Shown: positions 33,038 through 39,939 of the stretch, piece after piece
Layout of the letters: every line of letters begins with the position of its first letter
Position numbering within the stretch: position 1 is the first letter of the stretch
Origin: Pachysolen tannophilus NRRL Y-2460
Lineage: Eukaryota
DNA length: 39,939 bases
Assembly (NCBI GenBank): GCA_001661245.1
Contig: KV454012.1
Location: 1,322,848-1,362,786, forward strand
Reading direction: 5' to 3'
Program-made: the position numbers and the translations under genes
Notes under the pieces: generated by a model
The model's input: the letters and a program-made list of their open reading frames with translations, nothing else
What the model was told of the DNA's origin: nothing
Database searches by the model: none

Positions 33038-33183
33038 TACCACCCTGCACCACACACACCACACACACCACTTAGACACCACCAGTACCACCCTGCACCA
33101 GAAGCACCAGAAGCACATCTTGCACCACACACACCATGCACACCATGCACACCACCTTCTCTAACTTTTCTACACCCTACACC
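33038..33183 (+). repeat. C/A-rich, strand-asymmetric imperfect repeat tract in the YOR1-GAS divergent intergenic region
   Basis: TACCACCCTGCACCA twice (33038, 33086), CCACACACA units, GCACCAGAA twice and CACACCATG twice. Confidence 0.85.
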
Positions 33184-34202
33184 TTTTGCGGCTTTGCTTC
33201 CCCTTTACAGATAAATATACTCACAGATTTTAATTCTAAATGTTTTTCGTATTGATTCAAATTTCCCGCTTTTTTCATTTTGTCTTTTTTTTTTTTGAAG
33301 TCTACACTAACGTTATTGAATTACGAGAGATGTACTAACGAATGTTACTATTAATTATTAATTGCCAAAGCAAATTTAAGTTTTGAGACTTTAACATTTT
33401 CTTTTGAAAAAAAAAACATAAAAATAAATTTTTTTTATTTATTTTTCCTGAGTGCAATAACCGCTTCAACAACACACACACACACACAATCAATTGGACA
33501 TAAAGAACGAGATGTTACAATACGAAATGGTGAAGAAAAGCTAAGCCAACCTTTTTCTTTTATCATTTTCTCTTCATTTTCCCACTAATTTTTAACAATA
33601 AGGAGGGAAAATACAGAAAAAAAGAAGATACTTGTAGGCTGATTTGATAAATATATGCAAACAGCCGAAAAGGGATAATAACAATAAGAGATCACGATTT
33701 TTAACGGTAGTCCCAAAAGGGAAATTCAAGTTTTAATTGGTTGTCTTTGTTGACAATTTTTAAAGTTTCAAGCGAAAAAAAGAAAAGAATGTGGAAATTT
33801 TGAAAAACAATAACCAAGCCGCCTCGGGAAATTCCCCATATCACGTAGTGGTAATGTAAGTACAATGTAGTACTAAATACCCGCGAATAATACAAAATAA
33901 TACCACTGAGATGTGCATGATATCCCATTTGAAATGAGGTTCATTTTCTATATTTTTTTTTCATCTCGATGAATAATTTCTTTTTTTTTCTTTTTTTTTT
34001 TTTTTCATTTACTTTCTCTGTCTCTCTTTACGTTCCAAGATCTCTCGCTTAACCCATAAACAATAAAAAAAAAACATATATTTATATAATCTGCTCTTTT
34101 CATCCAACTTTGAAAAAAAAAAAAAGTTTATTGTTTTGAATCTACATCTTATCAATAGGTTTATAAAAGAGAAGAAGGTTCAATAATAATCATCATTCGA
34201 GA

Positions 34203-35897
34203 ATGTTGTTTAGGTCCCTCAGTACGACATTAGCTCTGGCTATACTTTCATTTACTTCAACTTTAACCACAGTTCATGCTGAAGATTTACCAGCTATTGA
34301 AATTGTTGGTAACAAGTTTTTCTTTTCAAATAACGGATCTCAGTTTTATATTAGAGGAGTTGCTTACCAATCAGATGTTACCAGTACTTCAACTTCAAGT
34401 TTCACTGATCCATTAGCTGATGCGGATACTTGTAAAAGAGATATTCCATATTTACAACAAATAAACACAAATGTTATTAGGGTATATGCTGTTAACAGTT
34501 CTTTAGACCATTCTGAATGTATGGAACTGTTAAATGATGCTGGAATATACGTTATTGCCGATTTATCTGAACCTACCCTTGCTATTGATAGTAGTGATCC
34601 AACATGGACTTTGGATTTATATAATAGATATACATCTGTTGTTGATATGTTTGCTGAATATAGTAACGTCTTGGGTTTCTTTGCAGGTAATGAAGTTATT
34701 GTAAACACAACATCATCTGATGCTGCCCCATTTGTTAAAGCTGCTATTAGAGATATGAAACAATACATGGAAGATCAAGGTTATAGAGCTATTCCTGTCG
34801 GTTACTCTGCAAATGATGATTCAGATACTAGAGTTTCAAGTGCTGATTATTTTGCCTGTGGTGATTCTGATGTACATGCTGATTTCTATGGTATTAATAT
34901 GTATGAATGGTGTGGTGATTCTACATTTTCTGAATCTGGTTATGAACTGAGAACTGAAGAATTTTCAAATTTAACAATTCCTGTCTTTTTCAGTGAATAT
35001 GGTTGTAATACTGTTCAACCAAGAACTTTTACTGAAATTGCAACTTTATTTTCAAGTGAAATGACAGATGTTTGGTCAGGTGGTATTGTTTATATGTATT
35101 TCGAAGAAACTAATGATTATGGTTTAGTTACTATTGAATCAGATGGTGATGTTTCAACACTTACTGATTTTGATTATTATTCATCAGAAATTAATGATAT
35201 TTCACCAACATCTGCGACCAACACATCAGTTTCTACTGCAACAAGTGATTTTACATGTCCAACAACAGATTCATATTGGATAGCAAATACTGCACTTCCA
35301 CCAACTCCAAGTGAAGATGTTTGTGAATGTATGTATTATGCATTACAATGTGTTGTTGATGATAGTGTTAGTTCAACAGATTATTCTGAATTATATTCAT
35401 ATGTTTGTGCTGAAGTTACTTCATGTGATGGTATTACTGCTAATGGTACTTCAGGTAGTTATGGTGCATATTCATTCTGTTCAGAAAAGGAAAAATTATC
35501 CTTTGTCTTAAACTTATATTATCTTGAAAATGATGAAGATGAAAGTGCATGTTCATTTTCAGGTTCTGCATCATTGAATACTGCTGCCACCACATATTCA
35601 GTTTGTTCAGCAGTTTTCTCTGAAGCTGGAACATTAGGTACTGGATCTGTTACAGCAACTGTAACTGCTGGAAGTCTTCCATCAGATAGTACAACTGATG
35701 ATTCTACTGATCTGAGTTCAGATGATACATCATCTTCATCATCATCATCATCATCATCTTCATCGTCTTCATCATCCAGCACAGCTTCATCCACCAGCAC
35801 AAGTGCAAGTTCAAAGACAATATCATCATCAGAATTCACAATGACTTTGTTATTAGCCACATTTGTTCTTATTGGTACCTACTTCATCTTTGAGTAA
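34203..35897 (+). CDS. GAS1: GPI-anchored beta-1,3-glucanosyltransferase (GH72 plus X8/CBM43), Gas1/Phr family, copy A
   Basis: Signal peptide, [12 protein letters not shown], catalytic AGNEV and FSEYGC, Cys-rich X8 domain, Ser-rich linker and hydrophobic GPI tail. Confidence 0.9.
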   Translation: MLFRSLSTTLALAILSFTSTLTTVHAEDLPAIEIVGNKFFFSNNGSQFYIRGVAYQSDVTSTSTSSFTDPLADADTCKRDIPYLQQINTNVIRVYAVNSSLDHSECMELLNDAGIYVIADLSEPTLAIDSSDPTWTLDLYNRYTSVVDMFAEYSNVLGFFAGNEVIVNTTSSDAAPFVKAAIRDMKQYMEDQGYRAIPVGYSANDDSDTRVSSADYFACGDSDVHADFYGINMYEWCGDSTFSESGYELRTEEFSNLTIPVFFSEYGCNTVQPRTFTEIATLFSSEMTDVWSGGIVYMYFEETNDYGLVTIESDGDVSTLTDFDYYSSEINDISPTSATNTSVSTATSDFTCPTTDSYWIANTALPPTPSEDVCECMYYALQCVVDDSVSSTDYSELYSYVCAEVTSCDGITANGTSGSYGAYSFCSEKEKLSFVLNLYYLENDEDESACSFSGSASLNTAATTYSVCSAVFSEAGTLGTGSVTATVTAGSLPSDSTTDDSTDLSSDDTSSSSSSSSSSSSSSSSSTASSTSTSASSKTISSSEFTMTLLLATFVLIGTYFIFE

Positions 35898-37400
35898 AAG
35901 TTAAGCCACATTTAGTACCGCAAATTGCAAACAAGTTTTTTTTTTTTTTTTTTTGATTCTTTAAAAAATTTGATTTCTTTAATTTTTTTTTATTTTTTTT
36001 TTGGCCATCACAAGTTTTAGACCGTGTTCAAGTAAGGCTCTAAATTGACATTTTTGCTGCAAATGAATGATAATATATATAAAGAGCGAGATGGATAATT
36101 AGATTTAAAAATTATTAATATATTTATATATATAATTTACGATAGAATTTAAAGATATATATATATATATATATATAGATATATATATGATATATTTATA
36201 TAATATATTTATTTTGTAACAGTAATATAATCCGATTTAAACCAAGTTGTCTTAACAATCGAGTATCTTTTAACAATGATTTTCTATTATTATTCTTCTA
36301 TTTAAGTTGAATTTTAACTCAAGCTCAAATCACATATTATTTACATTTTCCAGTTCGCGTATCATTTTCAAAAAAACTTTATTATATAAACACAACAAAC
36401 AAGCTAAGCTATAAAAGCAATACGCTCTCAAGGAAGGCAATACGCTCAAAGCTATAAGCGATAAGCTATAAGCTTATAAGCGCTTATAAACCGAAACTCA
36501 AAGAAAGAAAGAAAAAAAAAAAAAAAAAAAATAGAGATGATCGAGACTCGAGACATTCAACTCGAGACATTAGGGACTCGAGACTTTGAGATTCGAATAA
36601 TAAAAAAGGAAAAATAACTTTTACCTTCTCTTACAGTCCCGCGAAATCCATTTATCTCATTAATCCGCAGCAGTAGGCTTTTTAAGCAGGTGGAACTTTG
36701 GAGGCAATGCAATAAATTTAGCGTCTGTACTTACATAACAAAAAAGTACGTAATACAAAAAAAAAAAAAAAATTTTTTGGGACGTAAATGTATTTATAGA
36801 AACACAAATTAATATACGATTATGCGGTTATGCGGTTATGTGGTTATGTCATAGTTTTATCTTTTAATAAGCAGACAAAAAACAACACAAAAAAAAAAAA
36901 AAAAAGGTCGTGGATTCTAAGGAGGGAAATAAATGCTTAATTATTATTGAACTGCTGAACTTTTTCAATCGCTCAGTTCGATGAATCGCGGAACAGCAGG
37001 AGATCGAGATCCAGACCCGGACCCATACCCATACCGATACCCATCAAGGTTATCGAGAATAATAAGAATATTATTAACAATAATTATTTAAAATCACGAG
37101 GAAAAAAAATTTTTTTTTTTTTTTTTTTAATTAAGTAGATTTTTTAAATTTAAAAGGAACAATTTTTAAATTCTTGGCTGATTTAATTGATTTAATTCTT
37201 AATATTAGTCTTGAATTATACTCGAAATTTTTCCATTTAATCTGGCTTTAATGTATCCTTGTTATATAGGCTTATTGCCTAGAAAACTAAAAAAAGGAAC
37301 CTCAAAGTAAATGGCTGTAAATTACTGTAAATTACTGTAAAAATATGTGAAAAACTGCATATTTTCAATTACCAAAATAAAAACAAATATGTACCTTATA

Positions 37401-37447
37401 TGCATTAGAATGCATCTAAGGTGCATAATGAATGCATAATATTGCAT
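37401..37447. promoter_or_regulatory. Five phased TGCAT motifs (candidate APSES-factor sites)
   Basis: TGCAT at 37401, 37411, 37422, 37433 and 37443. The pattern is directly visible; function is inferred. Confidence 0.4.
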
Positions 37448-38117
37448 AAACTAGTTTTTTTTGGCTTTTTGGCTTTTTGGCTTTTTTTCTTTTTTTCAAT
37501 AATGTTTCATTTCCTTTTTACTCCAATGAATTCCAGTTAATGGATCTTCTCTTTTGTGAATCAAAATTTCGTGTTTAGAAGCTGGGCTGTTACTGTTTTT
37601 ATTTACCATTCACTTCTCCTTCTTTCTTTTTTTTTTATTTTACTTTTTTTTTTTAAGTTAACGGTGTTGTTTTCATTATTTACCCTTTTTCTTTTTCTTT
37701 TTTTTTTAAACTCATTCTCTTTCTCAGCGATTAAAATTAATCTGCTAATTCTATTATAGCCCACTGCTATATATATATATTTCAATTCCTCGCTTCAAGT
37801 TAATTTTTATTTTTTATTTTTAACTAGATTTTTTTCTTTTTTGTTTTTTTCGAGTTGTGGTTTTTTTTTTTGTTTTGAATCAAGAGTTTTCATTCGCTTT
37901 AGTTTTAGCACATTAAAACACTCGTCAATTAATTAAATTTGTCTTTTTCTTTTTCTTTTTTTTTTTTATTTTCCCCAGTCTTTCTTTATATCTATATTTT
38001 TTATATATTTTTTTTTTTTTTTTAATAATTTTTTCATTTTTCAAATAAAAAGAAGAAAGAAAACCAAAAAAAAACTTTACTGAAATATATATATTTACTT
38101 TCTTTTTTTAAGAGAAA

Positions 38118-39707
38118 ATGTTGTTTAAATCACTTTTTTATTCTGCGATTTCGTTATTTGCGTTATCTACAAAAGTTTATGCAGATGATTTACCAACAAT
38201 TGAGGTTGGTGGTAATAAGTTTTTCTTTTCAAATAATGGATCCCAATTTTATATTAAAGGTATAGCTTATCAAGCAGATGTTTCCAATTCATCAGATTCA
38301 AGTTTTACTGATCCTTTAGCTGATGCAGATTCATGTAGGAGAGATATTCCTTATTTACAAGAGTTGTATACAAATGTTATTAGAGTTTATGCTGTTAATG
38401 TTTCATTGGATCATACTGAATGTATGGAACTGTTTAATGATGCAGGTATTTATGTTCTTGCTGATTTAGCTGAACCTTCTGTTTCTATTGATACTACAGA
38501 TCCAGAATGGACTTTGACTCTTTATGAAAGATATGCTTCTGTTGTTGATCTGTTTGCCAATTATTCAAATGTCTTGGGTTTCTTTGCTGGTAATGAAGTT
38601 ATTACAAACTCAACCACATCAGATGCTGCTCCATTTGTTAAAGCTGCTATTAGAGATACAAAAGAATATATGTCAAATTCGGGTTATAGAGCTATTCCAG
38701 TTGGTTATGCAGCAAATGATGATTCAGATACAAGAGTTTATAGTGCTGATTATTTTGCATGTGGTGATTCTGATGAAAGAGCAGATTTCTATGGTATTAA
38801 TATGTATGAATGGTGTGGTAATTCAACATTTGCTGAATCTGGTTATGAACTGAGAACTGAAGAATTTTCAAATTTAACAATTCCTGTTTTCTTTTCAGAA
38901 TATGGTTGTAATACTGTTCAACCAAGAACTTTTACTGAAGTTGCTGTTTTATATTCTGATGAAATGACAGATGTTTGGTCAGGTGGTATTGTTTATATGT
39001 ATTTTGAAGAAACTAATGATTATGGTTTAGTTACTATTGAATCAGATGGTGATGTTTCAACTCTTGAAGATTTCAATTATTTAAAATCTGAATTAGCTGA
39101 TATTTCTCCAACATCAGCAACTTACTCAGATGTCACTGCTACTGCATCTGCTTTATCTTGTCCAGGAACTGATACTTATTGGTTAGCTTCCACTGATTTA
39201 CCTCCAACACCAGAAGAAGAAGAATGTACTTGTATTTATGATGCAATGTCATGTGTTCTTAGTGATAGTGTTTCTTCATCAGATTATGCAGACTTATTTT
39301 CTTATGTTTGTGCTTTAATTGATTGTACTGCAATTGAAGCAAATGGTACATCAGGTGTTTATGGTAATTATTCTTATTGTACATCAGAAGAACAATTATC
39401 TTATGCTTTGAACTTATATTATGATGATAATGATGAATCATCAAGTGCTTGTGATTTTAGTAGTTCTGCAACTTTGAAATCTGCTTCAAGTGGTACTTGT
39501 TCTGCTTCTTATAGTGCTGGACTTACTGCTTCAAGTAGTGGAAGCTCGGATTCTTCCGGCTCCAGTTCTTCATCTTCATCATCATCATCATCATCTTCGA
39601 GTTCTTTAGGTTCAATTGTCAAACCATCAAAGAGTGCCTCGGAATTATTTGTTCTAACTTTCTTTATTACTTTTATTGTAGGTGGAGTATCATACTTAGT
39701 CATCTAA
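38118..39707 (+). CDS. GAS1: GPI-anchored beta-1,3-glucanosyltransferase (GH72 plus X8/CBM43), tandem paralogue, copy B
   Basis: Same architecture and catalytic motifs (AGNEV, FSEYGC) as copy A, with long identical peptide blocks. Confidence 0.9.
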   Translation: MLFKSLFYSAISLFALSTKVYADDLPTIEVGGNKFFFSNNGSQFYIKGIAYQADVSNSSDSSFTDPLADADSCRRDIPYLQELYTNVIRVYAVNVSLDHTECMELFNDAGIYVLADLAEPSVSIDTTDPEWTLTLYERYASVVDLFANYSNVLGFFAGNEVITNSTTSDAAPFVKAAIRDTKEYMSNSGYRAIPVGYAANDDSDTRVYSADYFACGDSDERADFYGINMYEWCGNSTFAESGYELRTEEFSNLTIPVFFSEYGCNTVQPRTFTEVAVLYSDEMTDVWSGGIVYMYFEETNDYGLVTIESDGDVSTLEDFNYLKSELADISPTSATYSDVTATASALSCPGTDTYWLASTDLPPTPEEEECTCIYDAMSCVLSDSVSSSDYADLFSYVCALIDCTAIEANGTSGVYGNYSYCTSEEQLSYALNLYYDDNDESSSACDFSSSATLKSASSGTCSASYSAGLTASSSGSSDSSGSSSSSSSSSSSSSSSLGSIVKPSKSASELFVLTFFITFIVGGVSYLVI

Positions 39708-39939
39708 GATTTTAGAACATGAACATATTAATATATGCTGACCGTTTGAAATTTAAATTAATTAATTAAGAAAACTAGAAAAAAAATTAAAACCAAAAAA
39801 ACAACAAAAGAAGGCAAAAAACCTAATCAAAAAAAAAAAAAGAAAGAAGAATAAATTATAAGAAATATAAGATGAATTCATCTTTTAATGAAGGAAAAGG
39901 AGAGGCAAAATGTCTTCAAAATGTATTATTTTTTTTTTT

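Noticed and set aside
33333..33339. TACTAAC branch-point consensus
   Set aside because: No matching GTATGT donor upstream and no exon context.
33817..33823. URS1-like AGCCGCC upstream of GAS-A
   Set aside because: Single imperfect match to TAGCCGCCGA. Not enough to claim meiotic control.
34527..34529. CUG=Ser (Candida-type code) as the explanation for odd CTG placement
   Set aside because: Ser would fit the low-complexity tracts, but the conserved columns I can recall in Gas1, Yor1 and Och1 are Ala. It is disfavoured, though not formally excluded without alignments.
1..39939. CRISPR arrays, tRNA/rRNA genes, LTR or DNA transposons, biosynthetic cluster
   Set aside because: No repeat-spacer array, cloverleaf, LTR pair, transposase or synthase gene seen. 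The genes are functionally unrelated yeast genes.

Overview
Eukaryotic, very AT-rich, intron-poor budding-yeast (Saccharomycotina) chromosomal DNA from a draft assembly, with three N-gaps next to homopolymer runs. It holds eleven protein genes in order: a PDR-type ABC transporter (SNQ2-like, minus strand, runs off the left edge and is missed by the ORF track), a probable virilizer/Vir1 m6A-writer subunit, OCH1, BRE1, an Ahk1/DUF1765 protein, SLX1, a Pes4/Mip6-like multi-RRM protein, NFU1, YOR1, and two tandem GAS1-like GH72 glucanosyltransferases. The main signal is a non-standard genetic code. In-frame CTG codons fall on columns that are Ala in homologues, and they form (CTG)6 runs in low-complexity regions. 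This points to CUG=Ala (NCBI table 26, Pachysolen/Nakazawaea/Peterozyma clade), so the supplied translations misread those codons as Leu. That code is already described, and I found no clearly new biological system. Second-look items include a nested palindrome in the SLX1 divergent promoter, helically phased TGCAT motifs, a C1-3A-like tract, possible gene conversion between the GAS paralogues, and a false duplication around a gap. Homologue sequences are quoted from memory; no searches were run.
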